A stretch of DNA of 64,000 nt, from the IMG/VR virus record IMGVR_UViG_3300033121_001571; one strand, written 5' to 3'. Under the pieces are notes generated by a model, which was given only the letters and a program-made list of their open reading frames with translations, searched no databases and was not told the DNA's origin. Source of the DNA: a virus (lineage: Duplodnaviria > Caudoviricetes). The translations under genes and the position numbers were made by a program. Shown here piece after piece: positions 25,559-34,914 of this stretch (within the stretch, counting starts at the first letter, position 1; every line of letters starts with the position of its first letter).

Positions 25559-25828
25559 ATGACATCTTTAAGACTTGGCGACATTCTATTTGTGGGTGAT
25601 GCCCTGTACACTCCACACTGGCGCACTCACACAACTGCGTGTTTGATGATGATTAACTCTCCACAAGATACTAACAGCATGTTTGTTTTTGGTCGCAATT
25701 TTACGTTGTTGTGGACAACATTGCCAAGTGAAGATTCTGTGAGAAAGAAAGTCACCAATATGATCTTTCAAGAAAAACTTATTTTCAAAGTGCTTGACAA
25801 CGTGTTTTACGTGAAAAGGACGTTGTGA
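25559..25828 (+). CDS. array protein
   Basis: LRLGDILFVG; LLW; KVLDNVFYV. Confidence 0.75.
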   Translation: MTSLRLGDILFVGDALYTPHWRTHTTACLMMINSPQDTNSMFVFGRNFTLLWTTLPSEDSVRKKVTNMIFQEKLIFKVLDNVFYVKRTL

Positions 25829-26148
25829 TCAAACCCGGAGACATCATCTTTGTAGGTTTCTATCCGTACGGAATTTCAAATCCAAAAGACGTTATTTACG
25901 TAAAGCATCACGTTGTGATAGCACAATATCTGGTCTTAAAAAGACCTCGATTCATGAAAACTATTTACAAAAATATCGTAAAGATCAACTTTAACGTAAA
26001 AAACAGTGTTTTATTGTGTGAAAGCAAAGAACACAGAACGTGGCTTGAAGGAAATTATGGAAAAAAAGCACGTGGATCGTTCTTCATTGGAAAGCTTGTA
26101 AACATCCATAAAAACGTAAAGATGGCAACGTTACAAATGAGATATTAA
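25825..26148 (+). CDS. array protein
   Basis: IKPGDIIFVG. Confidence 0.75.
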   Translation: MIKPGDIIFVGFYPYGISNPKDVIYVKHHVVIAQYLVLKRPRFMKTIYKNIVKINFNVKNSVLLCESKEHRTWLEGNYGKKARGSFFIGKLVNIHKNVKMATLQMRY

Positions 26149-26173
26149 CACTGTCTTTAGAGTGAGCACACAC

Positions 26174-26467
26174 ATGATCAAACCCGGAGACATTGTACTT
26201 GTTAACCAACAACGCAACTGGATTCAAACCGATCCTGAAGCAATAGTTGTAAATTCTTTCAAAATTTTTGAGATTCTAGTGTGTTTGAGAGTGAGTTCAT
26301 ATCATGCTCACGGATATGACACTAAAGCACTTTGTTTGGTGGCGTGGCGTACTAAACATTATGGTGCAATGTATTATTCAGGTTACACTCATCGGATCAT
26401 TCCAGTCTTTTTAAACTTCTCTAAAGATATGAAGAAAATCTCAAACAACAGTTTCATCTTCACTTAG
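26174..26467 (+). CDS. array protein
   Basis: IKPGDIVL; KISNNSFIF. Confidence 0.75.
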   Translation: MIKPGDIVLVNQQRNWIQTDPEAIVVNSFKIFEILVCLRVSSYHAHGYDTKALCLVAWRTKHYGAMYYSGYTHRIIPVFLNFSKDMKKISNNSFIFT

Positions 26468-26494
26468 AATCTCTACAAAAGAGAGTGAAAGATC

Positions 26495-26788
26495 GTGAGA
26501 AACTTAAGAGCTGGCGATATTGTTATCTGTGCTTTCTTTGTGAAAGAGTTTGTACCACGAAAACAACTCTTTACGATCAAAGATAACACTTATGTCAGTG
26601 AAATTTTTCTAATCCTAGAAGAACTTTCTGAGAAAACACAATATACTTCAAAATATGCTTGTGTAGTCTTGTGGAGCAGTTACCTGAATGTCCATGCAGG
26701 ACACACATCAGAGTTAGTTCATACACATGAAGCTAAGACTGAAAAAATTGCAGAAAACGTTTATTTAGAATTAGAGAGCGTATGGTGA
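26495..26788 (+). CDS. array protein
   Basis: LRAGDIVI; VLW; KIAENVYL. Confidence 0.75.
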   Translation: MRNLRAGDIVICAFFVKEFVPRKQLFTIKDNTYVSEIFLILEELSEKTQYTSKYACVVLWSSYLNVHAGHTSELVHTHEAKTEKIAENVYLELESVW

Positions 26789-27114
26789 CTAACATGGACG
26801 CAGATACGTTGGATGTGTTGCCAGGAGACATCGTCTTTCACGCTGTTTATCAAAACAGTTTTGCAGCACACAATATTTTAACTGATGTTGAAACACTGCG
26901 TTTGTTTGATTATGTTGTGTATGGCATTGGACTTGTTGTAAAACCGCCTACCGCATACAAAAACTATCAGTGTACAATGCTTTTGTTATACGAAATATGG
27001 TACAGCAAGTACTTGTCAAGAACAAACTCAAGAAGCAAAATACGCACGTGGAATTTTGATACTATGAAGCTCAAAAAGATAAATGATAGACGAGCGTGGA
27101 TTTGCCTTCAATGA
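26782..27114 (+). CDS. array protein
   Basis: VLPGDIVF; YEIW; KINDRRAWI. Confidence 0.75.
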   Translation: MVTNMDADTLDVLPGDIVFHAVYQNSFAAHNILTDVETLRLFDYVVYGIGLVVKPPTAYKNYQCTMLLLYEIWYSKYLSRTNSRSKIRTWNFDTMKLKKINDRRAWICLQ

Positions 27115-27443
27115 ACACTCAAAACAATGAATTTATTCTTACTAACCCTGACGTAAGAATTGGAGATATCTTACTTTTTGGACACAGGTCTGACCCCCTT
27201 TATCAAGATGACTATATCGTTTTTGGCGATTACCTCATTTACGAAATCTCAATCGTGATCAAAGTTTCACAAGAACAAATCAGTGTATCAAATTGGTTGA
27301 CTACGTCGTTGTATAAGATATGGGTGCGCAGCCGAGCCGGGAGACTTGCTAATAACACATATGAATTTGAATTTAGCGGTCTAAAGTTGCATAAATTAAC
27401 CAACAAACGAATCTGGTTATACTCGGAAATTTCATGTTCATAA
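27111..27443 (+). CDS. array protein
   Basis: VRIGDILLFG; YKIW; KLTNKRIWL (paralog of 26782). Confidence 0.75.
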   Translation: MNTQNNEFILTNPDVRIGDILLFGHRSDPLYQDDYIVFGDYLIYEISIVIKVSQEQISVSNWLTTSLYKIWVRSRAGRLANNTYEFEFSGLKLHKLTNKRIWLYSEISCS

Positions 27444-27781
27444 AAAAAGGAACTCTCATACTAGACGGAATACGTGACGATAGTCGTCTGTATTTAAGTC
27501 GTATCTCACGCGAGAAAGACTTGTGGGACTGTTTCAGAGTTGGAAACATCCTAGTCATGGTAGTCTCAGTCTTAACAAGTAACGCTAAAAAATCAATTTA
27601 CAACAACAGCCTATTAACGTTTACAACACTGACTATATGGGAATGCCCAAAGTTTCAAAAAACTTTTCACCATCAATCATTTCTTTTTAAAGAAATGAGT
27701 GATATGCTGCTTCCGCGTGAGATCGTGCAATCATCAGAAAACCTTGTAATCAAAACAAGTCTTCCGTGGCTTGACTACTGA
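27434..27781 (+). CDS. array protein
   Basis: IKKGTLILDG; TIW. Confidence 0.7.
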   Translation: MFIKKGTLILDGIRDDSRLYLSRISREKDLWDCFRVGNILVMVVSVLTSNAKKSIYNNSLLTFTTLTIWECPKFQKTFHHQSFLFKEMSDMLLPREIVQSSENLVIKTSLPWLDY

Positions 27782-27798
27782 TCGTTCAATCTCAGTGA

Positions 27799-28059
27799 GT
27801 GAGTAAGTACTTGCACTCTTCAAATTTAGATCTAGTTGTCGGTGATCTTCTAGTTATTAAAGACGTTCAATTATCGTTTGTGATTGTATCGTTTATCATC
27901 AGTATAAACCACTACACTCCATTCATTGAGATTATACACGTTCCTATTTGGAAGAAATATGGCAAAGCGTTGCACACGCAATTCTTTTGTTGTCATAAAA
28001 CAGCTCTCTTTAGAGATTTAAGTGGTGTTATAACTTACAATCATACGAAAGATGTTTGA
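27799..28059 (+). CDS. array protein
   Basis: LVVGDLLV; PIW. Confidence 0.7.
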   Translation: MSKYLHSSNLDLVVGDLLVIKDVQLSFVIVSFIISINHYTPFIEIIHVPIWKKYGKALHTQFFCCHKTALFRDLSGVITYNHTKDV

Positions 28060-28351
28060 AATTGTTTCAGGCTCGATCTTGTTGATCGGTACAGATCGAG
28101 ACAAAATGGCCCTACGCAAAAGTGGTGTGAAGTATATTGTCATTGAACAAAAATTTGTCTACACAATTGCTCTAGTGTTAGAAACTGGTTTGGGAAAATT
28201 TCCAAGCACACTCGTGTTGTGGAGTGGGTATTCTTCTCAAGTTAAAAACTTATGTTTCCAACCTTCACGAACTTTCAGTGATGCAGTCCTTGACAGTTTC
28301 AAAGTATCTCTCTTAAAAGACAACGTATATTTTTGGGAAACTAACTGGTGA
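28052..28351 (+). CDS. array protein
   Basis: IVSGSILLIG; VLW; LKDNVYFW. Confidence 0.75.
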   Translation: MFEIVSGSILLIGTDRDKMALRKSGVKYIVIEQKFVYTIALVLETGLGKFPSTLVLWSGYSSQVKNLCFQPSRTFSDAVLDSFKVSLLKDNVYFWETNW

Positions 28352-28722
28352 CAAGACAACTGACTACGATGAGTTCAAACACTGTCAAGCAGCCAGTAAA
28401 AATTGGTGATATAGCGTTAATTGGTTACAGAAAAGATTCATATCATGCAAAGAAGTTTTTTTCTGAATCGATCTCTGGATCAAAAGGTCTCATTTTTTCT
28501 GATTTTTGTGTTTTTGCGGTGATTTTTATATACGAAGAACCCGTTATGAAACCTGAATATATTGAGTATAAAATCTCATTAAATGGATTTCACTTGTTGT
28601 GGCATTCTGATGATTTTATCGAACAACGATACGAGATTCTTAAAGATCGCGGTTGTCTATTCGCTGGCAATAAAATTGTTCAGGTGTCTGAAAACACTGT
28701 GTTTTTAGACTGGAACTTGTAA
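28348..28722 (+). CDS. array protein
   Basis: VKIGDIALIGY; LLW; QVSENTVFLDW. Confidence 0.75.
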   Translation: MTRQLTTMSSNTVKQPVKIGDIALIGYRKDSYHAKKFFSESISGSKGLIFSDFCVFAVIFIYEEPVMKPEYIEYKISLNGFHLLWHSDDFIEQRYEILKDRGCLFAGNKIVQVSENTVFLDWNL

Positions 28723-28782
28723 AACAGTTACTAAACGCTGGTGCAGAGTCCAGAACTTCTGCGTACGAAAGAACACAAAACA

Positions 28783-29094
28783 ATGGTCATAAATCCTGGC
28801 ACTGTTTTCTTAACTGGTTACATAGAAAATTCGTTCTTTATGAAGACTCATTTTTTGTCCCATGATTTTATCCCTATAGATAACTACTACATCTTTGCAG
28901 CGTTTTTTTTGTACAAAAAGCACACCTCAAAAGAAAGATTGATATATGTGCAACATAGCATCCCATTGTGGAAAAGTGAATTTTTCACAAGAATATTTCC
29001 AAATGCTCCGTTAACGTTCTTTAAGTTCCACTTATCGCAGTGTAAAAAGATGTCTGAAAACATAATCCTGTTAGATTGGGAAACTCGTCATTAA
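28783..29094 (+). CDS. array protein
   Basis: INPGTVFLTGY; PLW; KMSENIILLDW. Confidence 0.75.
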   Translation: MVINPGTVFLTGYIENSFFMKTHFLSHDFIPIDNYYIFAAFFLYKKHTSKERLIYVQHSIPLWKSEFFTRIFPNAPLTFFKFHLSQCKKMSENIILLDWETRH

Positions 29095-29432
29095 TGACAG
29101 TGATAAAGCCAGGAGATCTGTTACACTTTGGTTATCTTACAGATTCTAACACTGTTAGAAACCTTGCTCAATACACTAGTGACACAAAGATTATTGGTGA
29201 TTACACAATTTTTATTACTTGTCTTGTTCTTAACGTAACACATCGCAAATATGGAAACTTGTCACTCAATGACAGATACGTGATCTGGTACAATCAGTTA
29301 ATTTCAACAGGATATAGCATCGTAGATAGATTGAAATCTAAATCTAAGATTCATCTTGAAGTTCGAAATATTCAAAGAATCAGTGCAAGTGTCTGCATTT
29401 ACAATAACATTGTTGTTGTATACGCTTCATAA
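29094..29432 (+). CDS. array protein
   Basis: IKPGDLLHFGY; VIW. Confidence 0.75.
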   Translation: MTVIKPGDLLHFGYLTDSNTVRNLAQYTSDTKIIGDYTIFITCLVLNVTHRKYGNLSLNDRYVIWYNQLISTGYSIVDRLKSKSKIHLEVRNIQRISASVCIYNNIVVVYAS

Positions 29433-29434
29433 GT

Positions 29435-29848
29435 TTGTACAAACTACTTAGAATTAGAGAGCGTATGGTGAAAGAAAGTTCTCTGTGTGGTACACTCTTT
29501 CTAGTGAAGAATCTTCCCAGTACTGGTAGCTTGTTGCTCTTGGGTGTCAGCAGAGCGAGCAACTTTGCAGAAAAAGTTATCAGAAAAATGCACTGGGGTG
29601 TCACAGAAGTTGGAAGTCTCCTCGTGTTCGCAAGTTTTCTTGTGCAAGAAACAAAACTAACTTCTAGTGCGTATGGACATGATATTCAGCTTAAAACGCT
29701 AGCTGCATTATGGGTCAGTCCAAAAGCTAGAGATATCATTGGAATTTTGCGAGAACACTCACCAGTTTTGACTCTACGCAGCCGCCATCTAAAGAAAACT
29801 CAAGATATGGGTAACGAGTGGACGTACAAAGTTCACATCAAATCGTAA
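29435..29848 (+). CDS. array protein (true start likely downstream)
   Basis: PSTGSLLLLG; ALW. Confidence 0.7.
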   Translation: MYKLLRIRERMVKESSLCGTLFLVKNLPSTGSLLLLGVSRASNFAEKVIRKMHWGVTEVGSLLVFASFLVQETKLTSSAYGHDIQLKTLAALWVSPKARDIIGILREHSPVLTLRSRHLKKTQDMGNEWTYKVHIKS

Positions 29849-29897
29849 ATTCACAAACTTATGGACAGAAACACCAGCGCAGAAAAGTAAATCCGAA

Positions 29898-30212
29898 ATG
29901 GATAATCTAAATCCAGGTACGATTCTGTTAGTTGGTTTTCGTCCAGACAGTTTCTGGATGACAGAAATTTTTCAAACTAATGACTTTGATTTTATAGGAG
30001 ATCATCACGTATTCATGAAAGTCTATGTCTGTAAAAAACCCTGTTCTAGGAAAAATAGAATATTTGTGCGACACTGTCAGTTAATATGGTTGAGTAAATT
30101 CTTTAAAGTAGAGTACCCAAGAACTCAAATACTCGACGCGAGTTTTGATCTAAAAATCAGTAAAAAGATATCTAAAAATATAATTCTGGTAGATTATGAT
30201 TGTCTTGATTGA
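29898..30212 (+). CDS. array protein, close paralog of 28783
   Basis: LNPGTILLVGF; LIW; KISKNIILVDY. Confidence 0.75.
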   Translation: MDNLNPGTILLVGFRPDSFWMTEIFQTNDFDFIGDHHVFMKVYVCKKPCSRKNRIFVRHCQLIWLSKFFKVEYPRTQILDASFDLKISKKISKNIILVDYDCLD

Positions 30213-30439
30213 CTGCTCACGCTGGTGACAGAAAACACACAGTGAAAACAATAAACATTGAAATTGGTTCAAAGTGGAGATGTAGTGACACTCGCGTGCC
30301 TGCTCACGATATCATCGTTACGATCGTTGGGTTTGGAGATTCTCCAGATGGAGAGTTAGTATACTACACTTACCCTGACGGGCAAATATTCCAATGGCTC
30401 AAGAAATACTGGCACTATGACAATGTTCCAGCTGAATAA
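30209..30439 (+). CDS. small SH3-like protein
   Basis: IEIGSKWR..IVTIVG..VYYTY. Confidence 0.6.
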   Translation: MTAHAGDRKHTVKTINIEIGSKWRCSDTRVPAHDIIVTIVGFGDSPDGELVYYTYPDGQIFQWLKKYWHYDNVPAE

Positions 30440-30596
30440 AACAAATAGTGTCTTAAGTCGTTCAACAATATTTCAAATTTCCTACACAAATTTTGTAATT
30501 CTACAAGAGTAGAATTTTGCTTTAGCGAGAAAAGAGCAAACACACGCAACAGTGCACGATCCACGTGCTTAAGGTACATTCTCTTGAGGTGGTAAG

Positions 30597-30971
30597 GTGA
30601 AAAACTTCAAATTTTTGTTCTCTGTGGTTCTTTCGTGCATCTCTGGTTGTTGTCCAGATCTAGAGACTGCGTGTGAAGACATCGCTGTCGCAAGGTGTGA
30701 AAGAGTCTGGAACTGCGGACTCTCTGCACCTCCCGGAACTGTGGAAGAGTGCATCGCTGATTCCAAAGAGAAGTGTATGACCAACACGTCTCTACTCGGC
30801 GTAGAGATCACAGCTTGTGAACTGCAAGCGTGTGCTACTGAGATCTCTGGCGCAGCGTGCAACGTTGAACCTTCTTGTGCTTTTTCTGCGGGTTCTCTCT
30901 TGTCTGGCAGTGCGTGTGAACTGAACACTCAGTGCGCCTCGGGTCACTGCAAAGTGGGTTTCTGTGACTGA
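30597..30971 (+). CDS. Cys-rich secreted or lipoprotein of myxobacterial type
   Basis: Signal peptide with ISGC lipobox-like site; about 15 Cys; C-term GSACELNTQCASGHC..GFC; own promoter 30552-30580. Confidence 0.7.
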   Translation: MKNFKFLFSVVLSCISGCCPDLETACEDIAVARCERVWNCGLSAPPGTVEECIADSKEKCMTNTSLLGVEITACELQACATEISGAACNVEPSCAFSAGSLLSGSACELNTQCASGHCKVGFCD

Positions 30972-30977
30972 CGCTTT

Positions 30978-31244
30978 GTGTTGAAAGTACTTTCAACAGT
31001 GAAACAAGTGCAACCGGGTGATCTAATCGGTCACAAACTATACACTGAAGATCGATTTCACGTTGATGTAGTTTTCAACGTTTCAGTCAAACAAGTTAAA
31101 GACCAGTTCCCACAAGCATTTATCAAGATCTTGTGCACTCAAGATTTGAAAATTACTACTAAGGCGTGTATGTTACATTATCTGAGATATCACCAAGGAA
31201 TTTGGCTTACTGATTCCCATCACGCCTACTTCAATATCATATGA
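30978..31244 (+). CDS. array protein
   Basis: VQPGDLIG. Confidence 0.7.
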   Translation: MLKVLSTVKQVQPGDLIGHKLYTEDRFHVDVVFNVSVKQVKDQFPQAFIKILCTQDLKITTKACMLHYLRYHQGIWLTDSHHAYFNII

Positions 31245-31507
31245 AATATTCAGATGATATTCCAAGTGTTGGAGAGTTATGTCTAATTAGACAAGATGCA
31301 TTTTTTATTGTTATCGATGCTCCCGATGTACGTCAGAACAAAAAGATTACAGACGTTCTTTCAAACGTGTTTCTTGTTGTGTTGTTTTGCGTTAATTCTA
31401 ACAAAACAACGCGCGTAGTCAGTTGTAATTTCTACAAGAATCTCTTCTTAAAGAAGGGATATACGTGGTTCTACCAAACAGACGTAAGAGCTTTCTTACG
31501 AAAATGA
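31241..31507 (+). CDS. array protein
   Basis: PSVGELCL. Confidence 0.7.
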   Translation: MKYSDDIPSVGELCLIRQDAFFIVIDAPDVRQNKKITDVLSNVFLVVLFCVNSNKTTRVVSCNFYKNLFLKKGYTWFYQTDVRAFLRK

Positions 31508-31737
31508 ACAAATCAATACCCAAAACTGGCGACATTGTGATTGTGAAATATGCAACAATATCAGCGAATCTCTTGTTGGAGACAGTTGCTAAAACACATT
31601 CATATATTTTGTGTAAAGTTATCACTGTTCATTTAGACGATGAGCATTCGCCTGTGCCTATAAGAAGATATTTCGATCGCAATAATCTAAAGAAAATATC
31701 AGCAAATTTGTGGTTAGAGTGTTACCCAGACAAATAG
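31504..31737 (+). CDS. array protein
   Basis: PKTGDIVI; KISANLWL. Confidence 0.75.
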   Translation: MNKSIPKTGDIVIVKYATISANLLLETVAKTHSYILCKVITVHLDDEHSPVPIRRYFDRNNLKKISANLWLECYPDK

Positions 31738-31742
31738 CTATA

Positions 31743-31976
31743 GTGAAAAAATTACCCAAAATTGGTGATATATTGATCACAACTTCTAGTTACGGGAAAT
31801 TCTATACACATCTTATAATGTCTTCTGTGCATATGAAGAATTTTTATGACTATACGACAATTTTCCTCTATGAGGAACCAATTTCTTTGATTCACCCAGT
31901 TAGAATATACAAATACTACATTGATTTGCACATAGGAAAAGAAATCGCAAAAGGAGTGTGGATCTTTGTTTTCTGA
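31743..31976 (+). CDS. array protein
   Basis: PKIGDILI; EIAKGVWIF. Confidence 0.75.
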   Translation: MKKLPKIGDILITTSSYGKFYTHLIMSSVHMKNFYDYTTIFLYEEPISLIHPVRIYKYYIDLHIGKEIAKGVWIFVF

Positions 31977-32226
31977 GAAAGACGCTATTGTTTGGAAATA
32001 TCCAGCAGAGAAAACTATAACTCATATTTCATTTGTGATAGCGATATTATCCTGCAGCGATAGTGAAGAACGTGTCTCTCTGTTAACTTTGCACTTTAAT
32101 CACTTGGGTAAAATCGTAAAAACTAGTGTTAGGCATTTTTATGGTCTTTTACTTTGTGACTTCGAGAAAGTGGGTGAAAAGTTGTGGATGTTAAAATCTA
32201 GGGAATCTGATCGTTTATTAGGATAA
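31966..32226 (+). CDS. array protein (degenerate N-terminal motif)
   Basis: C-term KVGEKLWML. Confidence 0.65.
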   Translation: MFSEKDAIVWKYPAEKTITHISFVIAILSCSDSEERVSLLTLHFNHLGKIVKTSVRHFYGLLLCDFEKVGEKLWMLKSRESDRLLG

Positions 32227-32517
32227 ATGACAGTTATGAAACGCCCTAACACAACCTTGCTTCCAAAACTGGGTGATCTAATCTTTTGTGGTTACAAGTC
32301 TCAGTTTGATCAAAATCAACAGTTGCTTTTTGTTTTGGAGAAATACAATATCGTTGAAGTCTACTTAGCTGTTAGCGTTAATCTTGAAGAAAAGTTAACA
32401 GTGATATGCATAGATTCGCTTGGATCTGTGTATAACGGTACAAAGACGTACATTCACCCGTCATACGTGGCCTTACACCAGATCTACTCAAATATATGGA
32501 TAGTAACTTCTGTCTAA
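32227..32517 (+). CDS. array protein
   Basis: PKLGDLIFCGY; QIYSNIWIV. Confidence 0.75.
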   Translation: MTVMKRPNTTLLPKLGDLIFCGYKSQFDQNQQLLFVLEKYNIVEVYLAVSVNLEEKLTVICIDSLGSVYNGTKTYIHPSYVALHQIYSNIWIVTSV

Positions 32518-32605
32518 GAATTAACTACAAAATACGTTGTACAACGCAGAGATAACACTCACAGTGCAAAGCTTCTTGCACCGTGGTATGCATTCTACGC
32601 TGGAG

Positions 32606-32833
32606 ATGACTAAACCTAACACACCCGTAGCGGGAGATTTAGTGCATTATATTGATCATACAGGAGCTATAGCTTCTATTTGGTTAACTTTGCCGCGCGG
32701 CGGGAATATTTCAGGAACGTACTTTTCTTTCAACTTAAATAAGATTATAAGCGTGAGATTTGACTTCACTTTTCAACAATGGAGCTACAATAATCACATT
32801 TGGACTTATTGGACTTACGGTGCACGACTGTGA
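32606..32833 (+). CDS. array protein
   Basis: PVAGDLVH; GGAG RBS; promoter 32564-32592. Confidence 0.7.
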   Translation: MTKPNTPVAGDLVHYIDHTGAIASIWLTLPRGGNISGTYFSFNLNKIISVRFDFTFQQWSYNNHIWTYWTYGARL

Positions 32834-33219
32834 CAAAACTAGTCCAAGATGACTCAAGTTTTTCTATTGGGAGACTTCACTCATTCAAATCAAGACAATT
32901 TCTACACTCACCCTGTTTTCTGAAAACAGAACATAGTTACTCACAATCGAGCTATGTTATTGAAAATTTCAGTAGAGTGACTGTGTTACAACTCAGCGCA
33001 AAAAAAAGTGATGCAGTACACGTGTATTTTCTTGCTGTTGTGGTAAACATTCTTGTTGATACGAGAGTAACTGAAGTTCTCAGTTTTTTGATGAATAAAA
33101 AAGTGCACTGTTTACACCTTGTAAAGAACAATCCTTTACTTGAACACGTGCCAGATCTGATGATCGAGACTGGTACTTCAAGTGCTTATTTCTACAACTG
33201 GCAAAGAGAGCTATTGTGA
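32830..33219 (+). CDS. hypothetical protein in array
   Basis: GTGA coupling. Confidence 0.6.
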   Translation: MTKLVQDDSSFSIGRLHSFKSRQFLHSPCFLKTEHSYSQSSYVIENFSRVTVLQLSAKKSDAVHVYFLAVVVNILVDTRVTEVLSFLMNKKVHCLHLVKNNPLLEHVPDLMIETGTSSAYFYNWQRELL

Positions 33220-33524
33220 ACCCTGGTGAACTATTGATCACGAGAGTTGGGAGGGACATTGGTGCGTTTGTTATTTTAGACGTTTGTTGTGCTAAAGAGC
33301 ATCTCTCTTTGATGAGAGAGTATCAAAACTTGAGTCGCGCACGGCGTATAGAACGTTTTCCGTCCTTAAAAACGTACTTTGAATTTCGAAAAGCACATTC
33401 TGATTTTAGACTTTATCTAAAGCTATTTTCTTCTCTTGAAACAGTAGTACGTAATTGCATATTATTTGATGCTTGTTTCAGCATTGACAAAAACAACGTT
33501 TGGTGGAACGATGCAATCTTGTGA
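33216..33524 (+). CDS. array protein
   Basis: MNPGELLI. Confidence 0.7.
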   Translation: MNPGELLITRVGRDIGAFVILDVCCAKEHLSLMREYQNLSRARRIERFPSLKTYFEFRKAHSDFRLYLKLFSSLETVVRNCILFDACFSIDKNNVWWNDAIL

Positions 33525-33855
33525 TTTTTATTTCATTATGAGAACAAGCGAATTATGTGAGGATGATCATGTTGGAGTGATCGAACAATATCTCATCATC
33601 GAAGTGAACACAAAACCCTCTGTTGTTGCTGCGTTTAATGAATACAGGATCTTACATGAGTACTTATTTAACGTTTCTCTATCAAAATACATCGTAGAAA
33701 ATGCTTGGGAACAAGACAGAAAGAAGTACAGTTCAAGGTTATTTGATATCAACGCAAAATTGATTGACATTCAATCTGGCGTTGTCAGTCAAGCAAATCT
33801 ACACATTCCAACGTTTTTCTTAAATCCAAACATTTGGGTGCTGTGTTACAACTAA
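33511..33855 (+). CDS. hypothetical protein in array
   Basis: C-term LNPNIWVL. Confidence 0.6.
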   Translation: MQSCDFYFIMRTSELCEDDHVGVIEQYLIIEVNTKPSVVAAFNEYRILHEYLFNVSLSKYIVENAWEQDRKKYSSRLFDINAKLIDIQSGVVSQANLHIPTFFLNPNIWVLCYN

Positions 33856-34220
33856 ACAAAGAGTTAGTTTCTAAAAATGGAGCACTCGTTGTTTTCGAGC
33901 TGCAAGAGCCTCCGTACCCACAGTTACTATTCAAAGATGAAATCGATGGAATTGTATTCGGCTCTGGATCAGGTTCCCGTTGGAAGCGCGCAACATTTCT
34001 TACTCTGTCTAGCACCCAGTGTCTTCTTGTCAACCTAGAAATGTTATCTCTTGATCCGCTAGATCTCAAATTGATAAAAACATACTACAACGCTCCTGTT
34101 TTAAACTGGGACGTTACTAAATACACGCTTACATTTTCGTTTTTAACTAACCGTTGTCCTCCGCACATTACACACCTAACTCTAAAAACGAATGACACAT
34201 GCTCGATTCTAATCCTGTAG
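33834..34220 (+). CDS. hypothetical protein
   Basis: ORF in operon; C-term NDTCSILIL like next gene. Confidence 0.6.
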   Translation: MGAVLQLNKELVSKNGALVVFELQEPPYPQLLFKDEIDGIVFGSGSGSRWKRATFLTLSSTQCLLVNLEMLSLDPLDLKLIKTYYNAPVLNWDVTKYTLTFSFLTNRCPPHITHLTLKTNDTCSILIL

Positions 34221-34561
34221 AAGATTCTGTTGTGCTTGTTAACAACGTCCCAGTTGTTCAATTCTGGTTTAACGTTAACAAGCCCGCGTTAAAATCCCGC
34301 GGCCTCGGCGTACTCGTGAAATATTCTAAAAACAACACATATGCTGAACCGACGCAACGCATATTGGTAGTTAAGTTACCCATAAAAGAAGCAATTCATA
34401 TTCAACAAACTTTTCAGAATATGAAAGTAATTGACATAATATGTCATAATTCGATTCTTATTAGAATCAAGCGTGTGTCTGGCTCTGATCACAACTTTAA
34501 CACTATTGAGTTGTCAGAATTTGACAACGAAACAAACACATGTCTATTGACTTTAACGTGA
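34199..34561 (+). CDS. hypothetical protein
   Basis: C-term TNTCLLTLT. Confidence 0.6.
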   Translation: MLDSNPVEDSVVLVNNVPVVQFWFNVNKPALKSRGLGVLVKYSKNNTYAEPTQRILVVKLPIKEAIHIQQTFQNMKVIDIICHNSILIRIKRVSGSDHNFNTIELSEFDNETNTCLLTLT

Positions 34562-34911
34562 TGACAATTGACTGTCTAGCACCCACTGCGTTTCGTGATG
34601 GGACTTTGCTGTTTATTGATTACTTCAAAAATTACAGGCTTACGTTGCTAGTGAGCAACTGTAAACGTAAAAATTTTAGTATTTTTTGCGATGGTGTTGC
34701 AGTACGTTGTAACGACAACACCATTAAAACACCTATGAAGTTCAGTTGTCAGATCAATTTTAACAAAAACAGGAGAGGTTACGCAGTCCCTTACGTTATG
34801 TATCTGTATGTTAATGGTGATGTTCTAGCACACTCTCTTGCAGTTGAAAAGATCACATACCATCCTTCTCCAAACCCAAACGCAGTAATAACACTGCAAC
34901 TTGGTGAGTAA
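34561..34911 (+). CDS. hypothetical protein
   Basis: TGATG coupling. Confidence 0.6.
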   Translation: MTIDCLAPTAFRDGTLLFIDYFKNYRLTLLVSNCKRKNFSIFCDGVAVRCNDNTIKTPMKFSCQINFNKNRRGYAVPYVMYLYVNGDVLAHSLAVEKITYHPSPNPNAVITLQLGE

Positions 34912-34914
34912 CAG

